This document shows, in pieces, positions 1 through 14,007 of a stretch of DNA of 64,000 bases. The notes beneath the pieces were generated by a model. It saw only the letters and a list, made by a program, of their open reading frames with translations, did no database searches and had not been told where the DNA came from. Origin of the DNA: Phoronis australis (lineage: Eukaryota; Animalia; Phoronida); contig NMRA01000518.1 of NCBI GenBank assembly GCA_002633005.1, positions 186,001 through 250,000 of the forward strand, given 5' to 3'. Within the stretch, counting starts at the first letter, position 1. The number at the start of each line of letters is the position of its first letter. The translations under genes and the position numbers were made by a program.

Positions 1-764
1 GGTTCCAAAGTACGATGGCCTACATAACCAACGCAAAACGTCAAATTTCCGTAGTAGAAATATTTAAGCCCTTTTACTTTCGTAAAATCGATCTCATGAC
101 ATTTCTCACTGACACAGAAGTCTATTTCTACAACCAACTCCAATCACAGGGAATGCGTACATGCACCATTTACAAATTTTCAACTATGGCGTTAACCATG
201 CCCAATAAACTCTGAGGAGTTTTTTTGAGTCGATTATGGTTTCAATGTTCTTATCGGCAACAGAAATAGAATGATATCACGATAAGGAGTTTTACGAGAC
301 CGATTTTACATGAGAGTAAAAAACCTAATTTGAGGTTCGATTTTTTCTACAGAGTAATATAAGTTAACTGATGATATCGGATACACAGCTAATCGTTATC
401 ATCTACGCGATTTCTGCATATTTCAAACAAATCATTTATATGTGTTTCGTAATTTGTATTAGTCACACCTGCAAGATATTTAAATCACAAAAGTTTTTAT
501 ACGAATGCTATCTGGGGACCACTTTGAAAAGAAAACGACCATCGATCAAACCGTATTCAAATTCAACGACCTCATGAACTTATTTAACATATTGCCTATT
601 AGTGCAAGATACATGACTTGATAAGCACCGTAATTTGCTCACTTTTCCGAAAAAACTTCTTTGCTGAAAAGCGGCACTAAAACGCTGACCATTTTAGATA
701 CTTGGAAGTTACAATGGTAAATCAGCAAGTATTTTGCTCCCCCACACAAGCACGCATACGCACG

Positions 765-781
765 CACACACACACACACAC

Positions 782-827
<46 letters not shown>

Positions 828-843
828 AACACACGCACACGCA
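765..843. repeat. (CA)n microsatellite
   Basis: Near-perfect CA dinucleotide run; it explains the spurious MCVCVCV ORF on the - strand. Confidence 0.95.
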
Positions 844-3800
844 TACAGTGAATATGTATGTATATGTGTGTGGGCGCATTATGCATATAACTTGAGAACC
901 AGTTTGATGCCCGTTGTTTAGTGGAGAGAACTGGTTCTATCCGACCATTACCTATTATGCCGTCATCTCGGTCTGTTCATCCATCCATGCTTCAGACAGG
1001 CGTCCGTCCGCCTAGCGTCTGCTGCTCTATCTCCTATACCGCGGCACGATTAAGTTTTAGAACGAATCGGATTACCAATTTACCCTCTTCGGTGTTCCTT
1101 GACGGATTTTCATGAAATTCGACACACTGGTATCCATTATAAGGATAGCAAACCCGGTTTTGGCCTATTAACAGATATCAACACAACTTTCCCATTTATG
1201 AATCAAAAGAATTATCTGTAACCATCTACAATCCTCGAAAGTTTGGAGAAAAACTTGAAAACTCATCACGAAGTTTACCAAACAGGCCTATTCTTTAAAC
1301 AAGTTACAGGACAACAATGGGGAAAGGCCACCCACCAGGAACCATAATGTTACTAATTTATGACTCAAAGAATATTAGAATTTAGTTAAACTCTGTTTTT
1401 ATCACACACGTGCGGCGCAAATGATACAAATTGCATCTACTGATACAGATTTTGACATTTTTCAGTTTTAAATAAACATTGGATGGTTTGAGAATGATTC
1501 ATTTTTAAACAGAATTCTCTATAATAACGTTCAACATGGCAGCTTACAATCAGACGCAGAGATATTTCAAGGCCTCATACTTGGTATTAACGGCGTATTT
1601 TTCATTCTTTACTTCCGCGAGCCACCTCTGAAGCATTTCAGGTTCTCAAGGAAATCAAAAAACGACATACCCGCCTTCTTCGCAGCTTCATGGTTCGCAC
1701 AAGGGCAAACGATACACCACACCACATTTGCACACACTCAGCTAAAGAACCACTGACGACATTACGTCGTGTACTCACCTTCTTCACAAGTTAACGCGAC
1801 ACCTCTCGGCGAGGTGAGATCGGCCGTATACGAGTTGACGTGGATATAAACCGATTAAGACGGTAAAAACGAATTATATCGGGTAACATTCTGGTTAAAC
1901 AGGTTGCAGAACGAGGATTGGTTGAAATCACTAACACAGGGCTCAATATCCTTTTAAGGAGACGGCAGTGCTTGATCGTTTTGGGATGGCTTTGACGTAA
2001 TCTGCGCCGTCTAGTGGCCATTTGTGTTGCCCGTCTAGCAGTAAAACCACTCGGACTAAGGATCACCATGAAAATGAGTGTAGCATGCAGCTGACGATGA
2101 ACTTCGGGGCGGCTCTGACTACTGCAGCCCTCTTAGTGGCAAGTTTTTGGCCTTCGTGGTTCTGTCCCTTGAACCCTTGCAAGACCTTAAATTTGGCAAG
2201 TGAGAAACGCAACCCCCCAGTCCCCTTTGGTGCACCGCCCATGATTACGACGACTATCCTTGTATCCTCTAGTAATTCCCTCCTTATTTTAGAAATTCCA
2301 AGACAGGTCTTCATGAAACATGGTAAATGTGTATTAAAGAGACAATTACACGTTCTCATTTTTTGACGAGTCCGACGTATTGCACGCCTCCTAGTTGTCA
2401 TTGTTATTATTGTCGAGTCTGTTTTTTGGCATCCGCCTCTCCAAGGATCATTATAAAAGTTGCATATGGGATCCCACCGTAAAGTTCATGGCTGACGATG
2501 ATTTTTGCACCAGTCCAGCTGTTGTGGCGCCCCCTATGGCAATTTTTGTTTTTTGCTTGTGCCTCATTGTAAATCTTCATTAAATTTGTATGTGTTTCTA
2601 TTGAGAAAAGTACAACTAACAAAACGTGCCTCTCTGGTTTCATTCCCTGGAAAATTTCTAACTTTCAGATGTACGAAACTTCACAAAAAATTTAACTTAA
2701 AAATCTACTGAAGGGATTTCAATATCATCTATATTTTAAAATTTCCGTGCAAAAAGATGAACTCATTTTGTAGCCTGGTTATAGTCCTTGTATTATATGA
2801 GGTTCAACTGTCCAGTATTGCCAACGAAATCGTTAGGTTTTGAGATTTAAAGGGTGGTGTGCCGCACTGGAGCAAAACGAAGGTGGAACTTTTTCTTCAG
2901 AATGGTCGTAACAAATAGATCTCCTTTTTTCGAGTTCACTTTCTATTTGGGTGGGTATTTTCATTTTCCAGCTGGAACACCCGTCAAAAATATAGTCGAA
3001 TACGGAATTTCCATCGTTCGTGTATCAGATGACCACTCTAAAGCGACACGTTCAGTTGCTGTAGCCAACTACATGTACTACGTGGAAAGAATTCTTTAAT
3101 GATGGTGCCCTATGTAGATTCAGGTTTTAACAAGCTTAGTACGATTAGTTCGCTTAGTACTTGTATTGTTGTAATGTTTGTTACTCTTTGATTCTACAAA
3201 GAATGCAATTGAGCAATTGATATATATTATCATGTTTTTTAGTTTTCCCGTAAAAACATATCTTTTTTCACGCTTAACTTTTTAAAAATGAACTTACGAC
3301 AGCATTTTTTGAAGTTGTAATTTCTTCAATTCTCGGAGATGCAGCAAAATGGTCGAGGACTAAGCTTCACCAGTGAACCGTGTAGCAAAAACGAAAATGG
3401 CAACAGAGGACGAGATTGTCGAAATGTGCTTGTCATGTCTTTCAACTGATGCAGTTATTTTCTTTGTTTATTGAGTTAGTGAAAATGGGAAATGCAATCT
3501 TTAAAGCATTACATTACATATACGAGATTCTAAATATTGATCGTAAGAGGGTTTCAGTTTGATAAATGTTATACACTAGGATTACGATTACTGACTGCTA
3601 TACAAAAAACCCAACTACAGAGGCACAGCTCTACGGGTAACGCCCCCAATAGTTGTGAAGAAAAATTACGGAGGGAAAAATTTATAAACATCAAGCCTGT
3701 GAATGATAAAAGTTTAAAAAGTTCACGACTATACCGAAAAGAGGCTTCCCGTAAATTTGTTTTTATCCTTGAACTAATGTTCATTTTCCCCTCTACGTAC

Positions 3801-4555
3801 TGATTTGATGGGACAGGTCTAGCGATAATGGTAATGACGACGTAGGACTGCCAGACTCAAGGATATTGTCTTAAATTTATTTTTGATGTTACTGTTGCCG
3901 TGCATTGTCAAATTATACGTGTCTTCGGGGGTTTCAACTGCTATATGGAAAGTTTAACGCCTATCTGATGAAGAGCACTGCCAACAAAGGAAACGTTTAA
4001 AGAGCCATTAATATTTTTGAAGAGTTGTGCTTGAAATACTAATGTATGTGTATTGACCAGGTAAATGCTAAAACCAGCATTACAAACAGATTATGTAGCT
4101 ATTGGCAAAGACACCCTGCGCTTGTCGCATAATTCAGAAATCCCTATCGATTGACTACGAAGAGAATCTACTTTACGTGAGATTGGTGTATTTAATCAGG
4201 CTCTCATCCTGTCGATCAAGTGATTTGCTTGACCAAACAGAGAAGGCTAAACGGTGATCGACATGTTTGCTGACTTGTTGGATTTGGAATGCTCCATCGG
4301 TATATATTCACGCATAAAGGAAGAAAGGGTTTGAAACACTCGTTTTACTGCCGGGGAATCTTTCACCGCTAAAGCCTGTTTTGTTTTCGCACGTTATTCG
4401 CAGGTAATAATTTCGTAATTCAACGTAAAACAAATGCTGTATTGGGATACGCGACGAATAAATTTTAAAAGGCAATCGGCGCCGGATTAATGCTGTTACA
4501 TTCCTCAAATAGGCCTTAATTTTATTCAACTTTGTGGAATCACGCACTGACTAAA

Positions 4556-5888
4556 ATGTCATCTGATCTGAGTCAAAACTCAGAGGACAGAAGTTCGAAT
4601 AGCGATAAAATATCTCACGAGAGCGACATGACAGCTCACGAATCTGTTGGGAGCGACATGGCGGGATTATTGACAAATCAATTCAGCTCTAATGCACAAA
4701 ATTCGAAAGGAAAAGAAAAGGATGGATCTGGATTTTTACGATCTTCACCTAGAATTCTGCAGAAGATGCAGAAATTGGGTTCGGTGAAACAAAAATCTGA
4801 TATAGTAACAATAAGCGGAAAAGCTAACAACAAAAATGCATTGACCACTAATGGAAGCGGAAGTAAAAACGATAAAGTGATGTCAATGAACGAAAGCGCC
4901 TTGTCTGCAAACACGAGCGACAAAAGAAATTTATTGGATAATGAGAAAGAAATTGAAAACAAGGCAGGTCAGGATAAGAAGGACGAGGAAAATACAGACG
5001 TCGAAAGTTCAGGCACGAACACAGAACTATCGGCTTCCAAGACAACGAAAAAAGAAACCAAAGCCGACAGCGCTGTGTCTAAAGACAACTCAACGTCATC
5101 CGCCGGAGCTAGGAAATTTTCAGTGGCAAATAAAGCAATTAAAGTCATCCCTACACTTATAAAAAGGCACAGCGAAAAGAAAGAGCTGTTGGCGAAAAAA
5201 TCTCCGTATAGTGAACAGCAAACTGTTAATGTCAAGAACGCAACAAACTTGACTGTGAGCGGAAACAAGTCGGCGGCTACTAACGGAAAGGATAAAAATG
5301 GCAAACAGAAAGATTTGAAAACAAGATCGGCGTCGGCAAAGCAGTCTCAAGGTGATGAAAATATGTCAAATAAAACAGATAGCGCGCCACGTAGTAAACA
5401 CAGCGAGTTGGTAAATGAAGGAGGAGATAAAACAGGCGGTATGCCACACGTTGGCAAAACAAAATGGACAGCTTTTATTACTCCCGCTACGACAGAGGGT
5501 GCTCGCGGGAAATCAACTGAGGAGGGTATCGGCAACCCTTTGTCGCCCAAAGTAATTGTATCTGACAAAGACGAGAAAGAACACAACACGGCACTCACTG
5601 TTCCTAAAGAAAATCACGGCGAAGATGAGGCGAATAGAGGGTCGAGATTATCCGTGCAATCGTCTCATTCTCGCAGAGAATCTTTCTCTCGGATGAGCAT
5701 AGACTCGCGTTTTGTGGATTTCTCAAAAACTCAAAATGCCACTGTTGTTCATCCACCCGGCATGGAGGAGGACACGAAAAAAGGAATTGTTGCCAATAAC
5801 GACTCGTACATACAGTCAGCCATTCCTTATCTACCCATGGGGGTCGCCATTGTTTGTCTAATACTCAACGTAATTCTGCCTGGCACGG
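4556..5888 (+). CDS. stum: Protein stum homolog (SPEC3 family), coding exon 1: long low-complexity S/K/N/D/E-rich N-terminus plus start of the membrane domain
   Basis: ATG at 4556 in AAAATG context opens a frame ending SAIPYLPMGVAIVCLILNVILPGT, similar to human STUM [24 protein letters not shown]. Canonical donor G|GTAAGT at 5888/5889, phase 1. Confidence 0.9.
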
Positions 5889-8800
5889 GTAAGTTCAGTA
5901 TGATTACACACACTAGGGGGCATAAATCCGGTAAACAAGTCAACCCTGAAATGCTTATTAGATATGAGATTTTGTATTTTGTTTATCGCTGTCTTAATTA
6001 TTTTTAGTGCTTGGATGGTGGGCCCATTCACGGCTAGCTATAATTTGATGAGAACGACAAACAGTAGCGAGTGTTTTAACTTTCAAAAAAGTACAACACG
6101 TACAAAAATTAAATACCAAAGTGCGTGCGTATGTAGATGCGTGTGCGTACGTTGGCCTCATTTAGATGTTTATTTGCGGCGTTGTCGCATTAAAATTCCC
6201 CTTGCATAAGATTGTGACAACTATGCATTCCTAATGTGACCCAAGTATTTCAAAGTCTATGGGCAAATTGACCCTCATCAACATTTTTCTAAAACCAGGC
6301 TTATATGTTTGAATTTGTAGCCATTATTGAGTTGCTAACACGTCATAATATTTTCGGTATGCTGTAACTCTGCGGTGGTTTTACTTAACAAAACTATACC
6401 TTTTCACTTGTGCAAATGAGGAAACAAAATTCACATTTCCCTCATCTACATGCGACTCTGGCATTTACAAAGGTGGCAATGGAACCCATGCCACAGAACG
6501 TAAAACACTTACCGCGGAAGTGGAACCCTTACTTAGTGGAGAGGAGTCTTTACCACTCTCTACAAAATACATGAACCATTGCGACGCCCAAACAACCCAT
6601 GCCACGGACTATAACAACGTAAAGACACTGTTACCACACACAATTTTTTATGCAAGAGACCAAATTGCGGAATAAGTATTTCTTGTGGAGTGGTAACGGT
6701 AACCCTCCAGTAGTGGAGATTACTCTTCGTTGCGACAGTTTGATTACCAACCCTGATTTAAGATGATTAAAATACTTCGAGACGTTTTTAGAATGATGTA
6801 TCGAGCACACAAAGCACATGCTTGTTATGCACGTTTCCCCGGTACAATTTATCATGAAAAGGATATTGCAGCATCTATTGATCATATTAACACAACAAAT
6901 TTATTGTATTTCAATGTAAAAATTACCAGTTTCTGACAGACTTTGCTGCTATTGATTGTTAGGATGTCGTGGTGGTTTTAGCTTCAACTTGTAATGTGCT
7001 GTCGTATTTGCACTTAACAGTGGGCGAAAACAATCAATAATTTTAATGTCGTTAACTTTCCACATGACTGTGCAGTGTAGAATACTTTTTATCTCACTCG
7101 ATTGAAATTTCAGCAACACAGATTTCAAGTTGGCAAAACAGAATTAAACGTTTCGATTTCAAAGACTATTCCCTCATGTGTTTATCTTTGTACTTACCTT
7201 TAGAGTAGTAACTGATGACTAAGGAAAAGCTTTATACCACTCCGCTGACTCATTAAAAATAAAACATGGACGGATGACATTACATGTGATGATACCTAAT
7301 AATTCTCATTACCGTTAGTATTTCACTTTCATATATTTCTTGTATATTTTCTGTTCTGGTTATATAACCTAAATTCGAATTTGATTATCCCTACATTTAG
7401 ACTGGTAAATTCGAATTCAAGCTTAAGATTTCTTGTAGACTTGTGATGATCTAGTCAAATGCATGTACCATATTTACACCTGCGTAAACTACAACGTACT
7501 CCAGCACAGCATCAAAGAGTAAAAGTAGAGCAAAAATACCAAAAATGTTTAAGTGTCATAAACCCGTGCTTTCTATAAAAAGTTTGGATTCAAGTCATTT
7601 ACCAATTTGAAATTGGACTTAATTTTTCCTTAGTCAAATTTGAAGTGATTTCAGGACTTCAAAAGAAGTGACAGTTGTTTGAGACTAAGCTCCTATAATG
7701 TCAGGACACACCGTGTCTTAGTCAGAAATTTGGTCTCACACCACGGGGCACAAATATTTCAGAAAAAAAATTAAATCTCACTTTAGTAGAAGTGCAAGTC
7801 TCTGAGAAGAAACACATCGCTGCTAGTTACTGAGATAATGTCTACTATAAATTATCTCTAGACTGTGATGCTCTCATAATTACTTGGCTAAAAGGTTGTA
7901 AAGTGGAAGCGTTAGACCAAATTTGTGTCTTAAATCTTAGTGACTTTCCTGAAACAAATTCTAGTGGTATTTACGTCTTTTGTTTACGAAGATAAGGATT
8001 CTGTGGAAGCATTGAATTACATACTAATCTTGTTCCTACGTGTCTTATTATTCATCTCTATAGGACAAGGTTCAGAAGTGTCTAGAGACACCTTAAGAGG
8101 CCCTTGCGTCTCGTTATCAGTGATTACATGGTACAATGTGCTAAAAGAGGCCAGATTATGCCCACACAGCACATAGCGTTGTAGGAGGAACTGATAATGA
8201 CGCCAAGTAGTGCCGTGTGTGATCACAAATTTCAAAACCCAGTGGACCTTAAATTTACGCCAGTATAGTAAATGTCTGTCAGTTTTCGTTATGTGCAAAG
8301 GAAACGTCTGGGTTTTTTAAAAAGAATGTTGTCTTCCTACGGAATCGACAGGCCAGTTATCTTTAGCAAACTGATCTAAAAACGTAATTCCAATCGAGAA
8401 ATCGCCTGCGATTGCTATGAAGCAATCCAGACCAGGACGAGTTGTCCATCTCTGTCAAAACTGATGGCATTTTGTCTCTCTTTTTTACTTGATGCCTTTC
8501 CTGGAACGGAAATCATTTTCTAATGTGACGTGGAAAGGTTTGACATGTTTTTGTTTGTTGAGTTACATGGGTTATAATTTAGGTTCTTGGTCGGCAGTAC
8601 TGAAGAAATTTCTTTTATCGGAAATGTAAATTCTTCTATTATCTCCCATTATTTTATAACTTGCAGTCATTTCCACAAATCAACAGTTTTACGGATGTTT
8701 TGTTGAAAAGTTTCGGTTAGCAATAGATATGTCACCTTTCGCACGCACCATCAGTACGTTAAGTGTCACTCGGAATATGTAACGTTCGACGTTTGTCCAA

Positions 8801-9313
8801 CTTTCGACGCGAACTTTTGTCGATAGCTATTTATCGTCTCCCTTTATACGGTATCTAGATTAACAGTGAGTGCACAATTGTAAAAATTTGCACTAAAGAT
8901 TTATTTACTAGGCTGTTGTTGTCACTGTAACGTCTCCTTGTTTAAAGTTTTTGCGGAGTAAACCTAAGCGGATTATATTGTGCGCAGTTTGCGACACTGA
9001 AGTATTTTATCATTATTTTTACTCCATAAATGCTTGATACTATTAAACTTAAAATACGTGATGGATAATATCACATACTCGTAATTGTGTTGTATCAATC
9101 GATTTAACTGTATTTTGTTTTCAAACACTAACGAGGGTCGTTAAAGATAGTCATGTTGATTCGTATTGTGCAACTAAAAGACAGTAGTTGTATTTTCATT
9201 GTTAAAGGTAACTTGGGGTCTAGTGGGGGTGTAATTTATTTCTCTTATTGTTTTCTCATTTAAATTTAAGAGCTGCCGTGACATGTCTTTGTTACTTATG
9301 GAACTATCTTTAG

Positions 9314-9502
9314 GTACAATGGTGGCCGGATGTGCTGTTCTTTGTTCCGGTCGGCCTCGTATTGAGAGTAAGGATGACACGGTGATGACGTCATGCTGTG
9401 TGAACCTCATGGTGGGCCTATGTCAGCTATTCACGGTGACCTTTATGATGGTCGGCTGGTTCTGGAGCCTCGCTTGGGGCATACACATGGTCATATTAGC
9501 TG
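9314..9502 (+). CDS. stum: Protein stum homolog, coding exon 2 (membrane domain)
   Basis: Acceptor TTTAG|GT, phase 1, in frame with exon 1: GTMVAGCAVLCSGRPR...CCVNLMVGLCQLFTVTFMMVGWFWSLAWGIHMVILA, similar to STUM ...MVGWIMSIFWGMDMVILA. Donor G|GTAAGT, phase 1. Confidence 0.93.
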
Positions 9503-12459
9503 GTAAGTTAATTTGTCGCCTCAAACTTAAGGTAGTCTAGTCATTTATTAAAATCGGTCACCAGGTTCCTGAATTGAAGTGCCTGACAACCACGTTCCCA
9601 GTAATGGCAAAACACAACACCACACTACACTCTTTTTGTTCATCAAATGCACTTACACTTTGGAGAATCCTTCACTCAAATCTCCGTTTCTGCAACGGGT
9701 CGAAGCATGATTCTTCAAAATGGGCGGAAAACGGACCTGTGTCAATTCTGGGCGAAAAGTGAAATTTTGTGTGTCCCATTGCTTCTACTGCATCATCCAC
9801 ACACGCACCATTTCATAATACTAATACTCGTCTCAGACAGTATTCAACTCTTTTTGAGACCACTCCGGCTCACGGCTGGTGTAGAACAACAGTGGCGGAG
9901 ACCGGACCTCTACTGATGACGTCACACAAACTTTTTAAGTTTTGCTTTCATTTCTTGATTATAAGTACACAAATTGAAGAAGAAACACCACACCGAAACT
10001 GGTTGGTAACCGTTTTCAAGCAAGTTTATGACCATGGCGTGAGGGGTTAAGAGGTAGATTTTAATCTTCCGCTGTTGCGCCAGTAGTAAGTTGATGATTG
10101 TGGCTTAACCGTTCCCACAAGGAAAATGTAGGCCTATTTCCTAAGAAATCTCTACGAAACCAATAAATCGAAACTGCAATGAGTGGGTGACATTTCTACA
10201 AATTTATAAACAATAGTGTTGTTTTGTTTCCGTTTAATTGCCTGGTGTAACATTTTTGGGCCACCTGTATATAAATTTCACAACTCCTTAACCTTCTGAA
10301 GCTACGAGTCGATGCCACGCTCAACCCACCAGCAATGTAAGCACTCCGAACAATGAAGAGCCTGTTAATTTGGCTGTCATAGTTCAATATTCGGGAAGTA
10401 TTGTAAACAGTACCACAAAAAACGTTTTTATTCGTTAATAAAACGTGAATCTACCGGACATCGAATGATCAATATCCTTAGTTCTACGGCTAGGTGTATA
10501 GAATTAGAATTACGGAACTCGAATCACCTGTGTTAACTGTGATCAAACTTATGTTAATGTATTGATTTACTTGTTACTGACGTAGTCTGTTGTCAAGGTC
10601 TTATGACACTTTCACTGGTGTAGCAAATGTTTCGGTACTAATTCCTATCAGAATTAAAAATTGATCCTAGAATGATTTAAGTACCAAGTGCACGTAATGA
10701 CCGTGTTTAAAGTGACAACAAACCAGGACCAGCTGTCATAAACACATTTTGATATAGGTCACTTATTGTTACTAAATTGGTCTCAGATTAGAAGTTATTA
10801 GAAGTTATTTTTAGGCACGGGAAGACCTGGCACGTGGTTATTGATAACAACCAGGCCCATGATTCCTTTTTGGTTTTGAGATTATGTAGGACCTTATGGA
10901 CAAGCCTGTATCCAGCCAAATATCCACAAAACTATAGTTTAGCACAGGAATAGAATATACTTTTTGAAAGTAGTAAACCAGTAAAATCTTATTTTTGGAT
11001 TGATATCAATTTCCTATTAATCGTGACCACTTCCTTGTATAAAATTTAGCACAGAAGGAAGTCACACTCATAGCAGAACAACGGAATCAATAACAAGACC
11101 CAGTTTAATTTCCTACGAACGTTCAAGAGAAAATCTCAAAAACTCTGTTAAAGTTTTCTTAATTGCTGCTTCATTTTCGTTCAATAAGAAAGTTTAGTTT
11201 TTCGTAAAAATCAGCATGGAGAACAGTGCACAAAGCATAGCGTGGAAAAGTTTCCTCTAAATCCGATCAGCTATTTTTGGGATATTATAAGTTAGCCAAA
11301 TTTGCACATTTTTCTAGGGTAAGAAGCAATTACAATAAAAATAACAAAGCGTATAGCACTGAAACTCAAGTGTATGCACTAGAACATGGGAACAATTTAC
11401 TTTTTAATTTACATTGGTTTTCTTGAAAAAATAACAGTGATCATGTCAAGGACGACATCAACAAAAATGATGAAAATTAGCAACTAAGACAAAAAATAAC
11501 AACTGATGTAGTTTTATACCATTTCCTGGACGATTTACCTCTCTATGGACATTAAAACATTGCAAAAATACGATATTTATTAATCGGCAACTAAATCTGA
11601 TGTTCATCTGAAACACCTTCGTAGCCTCAAATTTCCCTTATAAGGGTTTCATAACTGCGCATGTGTGAACTCCAGGCATGGTGCTAACCATTCTCCATTT
11701 TGAAAGTCACATGCCGGATGACTGTAGTTCACAATGCACATATATGAATCATCTCTGCCCCGTGGTGTTCTGGACGGCTCACGGTGTTCTTTTATGCTTA
11801 AACGCCTTGGCTGTCGGCATACACACACATGCACACGTGCACGCGCACACGCACGCATAAGGCACACATACACACGTCGAAAATACGTCCCGTGGATCAG
11901 ACTCCTCATCCGGACTGAAATTTGGTCATGGAATATGACTCACCCTTTGAGTAAAAACCGCTAAGTCACACAGTGAGGTTCTTGTAGCCGAAAGTGTCCA
12001 TTGTCGACACTCAGCGAGTTGCTGTACTGCGGTGATGGCTTCGTTCTTGTATTTCTCATTTTATGCATACGAAAATGACAAACCTTTCATAAAATAAACA
12101 ATGTTTTGTAACGAATGACTGAATTTAACTTAGGCGTTCTTCTCAGATTTAACAGCGTCTCGTTCTTCACCATCTCGTTTTCATTCGGAAAATTTAAGAA
12201 TTTTCCCATAGAACGTTGCATCACTGAAAGCTAACAGTGAGAAATACTTGTGAAATGCCAATTCAGTTATTAGTTGCTGCGAAACTCATGTAGGAGAGTG
12301 AATTCGACCAACGGTATGAATGTGTCTTAAATATGAATGTGTCTTAAATAGTAGAAAAAGCACACCACGAATCCGTTTCACATAACTACACCTTGGCACC
12401 AACACGTGCTGTGTTTATGTATATGTTAGTTGTTAGAGTTCAACCCTTGAATATTTCAG

Positions 12460-12584
12460 GCGAATACAAACTAGAACGACGAAAGGAACACGAGCTTGAA
12501 CTGAAGACGCTGGTTGTCGAAGCCTTCCGGGGAAATCCGTTACCCAATTCACCTCGGCTCACTCTCAAGTCTTTCACTCGTTAA
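12460..12584 (+). CDS. stum: stum terminal exon, variant A (GEYKLERRKEHELELKTLVVEAFRGNPLPNSPRLTLKSFTR*)
   Basis: Acceptor ATATTTCAG|GC; phase 1 matches the exon 2 donor; frame is open to TAA with a basic juxtamembrane segment. Confidence 0.78.
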
Positions 12585-12907
12585 CCTATCCCCTTCCCAT
12601 GTCAAATGGTGCTTTACTTAAAAGTCCCATGCAGCGCTAACTTGAAAGTGAAATTAAACAAGCTGGACGAAGGTGAATTTTGACTTTGACGAAATCAACG
12701 AATTCCATTCGATTCATAGTTTTATCACGTGTAATTAGGAATGATATATTGGCGTTTTAAAAGCCAGAACAAAGGGTTCCACACCGAAACTTGAACCGAT
12801 GCAATTGCTTTCAAGGATGTCGCTGCTCAGGGCTTAAAAACTCCTGTCTTTACACAAGTTACGACTGTGACGCAAATGCATCTTATGATGCGTATTGTCG
12901 GCCAAAT

Positions 12908-13126
12908 GGGTGAACGTAACGCATGTAAATTACGAGTGTAAGTTAATTCTTGTTAGAGGCGTAAAGTAATTATTTGCGGCGTAAAGTAATTATTTGCTGC
13001 GTAAAGTAATTATTTGCGACGTAAAGTAATTATTTGCAGCGTAAAGTGATTACACCGCAAATAACTACTTTACTTCTATAACAAGAATTAACTTACGCAC
13101 GAAATTTACGTGCGTTACGTTCACCC
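12908..13126. mobile_element. Foldback/MITE with long inverted arms enclosing a 20-bp tandem array
   Basis: GGGTGAACGTAACGCATGTAAATT...TAAGTTAATTCTTGTTA is mirrored by TAACAAGAATTAACTTACG...GCGTTACGTTCACCC. The centre holds about 5 copies of CGTAAAGTAATTATTTGCNN. Confidence 0.8.
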
Positions 13127-13568
13127 CAATGTTTGACATACATGTTGAAAATATGTGACCACTCACTCGCTGCCAAGCAGAAACTTGGACTATATGAGAA
13201 CATAAATGCAAACGTTGGTGCACGGCGTGATTTGAAAATTGTCGGACATAAATGACACTGATATCGACAATTATTCTATTAATGCCAGAAGTAAGTAATA
13301 ATGTTTTTATAGAAAGACGACTGGTTTACTCTCATAGGCTAATTCATGTTTAACATAAATAAGATTTACGCTTTGGGGAATTACCTATGTCAGATTTAGT
13401 TTGAATTAATGTTTACGGCTTCTGATTGGCTATGAGTGCTGACACATATTCAACTTTTATGTACGTCATCATTCAAATTCTGTTTGTGTCGTTATCGGCC
13501 AACGTTGGACGTAAAGGTTCTATTTACTGTAATACTAAATAAATTGCTTCATGCATGTAAGATGTCAA

Positions 13569-13748
13569 CTTCTGCGCGTGCATAATGCTAACAGTACCTT
13601 CTGCGCGTGCATAATGTTAACAGTACCTTCTGAGCGTGCATAATGCTAACACTACCTTCTGCGCGTGCATAATGCTAACAGTACCTTCTGCGCGTGCATA
13701 ATGCTAACAGTACCTTCTGCGCGTGCATAATGCTAACAGTACCTCCTG
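13569..13748. repeat. 29-bp tandem minisatellite, about 6 copies
   Basis: Unit CTTCTGCGCGTGCATAATGCTAACAGTAC repeated head-to-tail with isolated single substitutions and no spacers. Confidence 0.95.
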
Positions 13749-13939
13749 CCAGCACGATCCTCCAACAACTGTAACTCATCCAATCTGCTTTTTCTTTTGT
13801 AGACTAACCTGTTGCTTTGCTTGCCAGTTCCTTTCAGCTATCTCTTCTGATTTCCATCGACACTAACATGTTTTGTTTCAGCTATCTCTCGTGATCGCGG
13901 CGACACTAACATGTTTTATTTCTACGTTGCTTACAGCTT

Positions 13940-14007
13940 CATGGGCGGCGCAGCATTGAAAAAAGTGGGGATATAGCACCCCAGCCCCCTACGGTGCCCC
14001 GCCCATG
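13940..14007. mobile_element. 68-bp mini-MITE with 5-bp TSD
   Basis: Ends CATGGGCGG...CCGCCCATG, flanked on both sides by AGCTT (13935-39 and 14008-12). Confidence 0.75.

Noticed and set aside
4678-5598. Several - strand ORFs
   Set aside because: Antisense shadows of the stum exon 1 reading frame.
5889-6007. C-terminus of the 491-aa ORF as coding
   Set aside because: Read-through past the GTAAGT donor; stum homology continues at 9314.
12959-13052. 20-bp repeats as CRISPR or iterons
   Set aside because: Head-to-tail array inside a foldback element; no spacers.
13569-13748. 29-bp repeats as a CRISPR array
   Set aside because: The units are contiguous with no unique spacers, there are no cas genes, and the context is eukaryotic.
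13802-13975. Further AG acceptors (13802, 13838, 13882, 13938) as additional stum tails
   Set aside because: The resulting peptides lack the E-[Y/F]-basic signature and derive partly from a small local duplication and a MITE.
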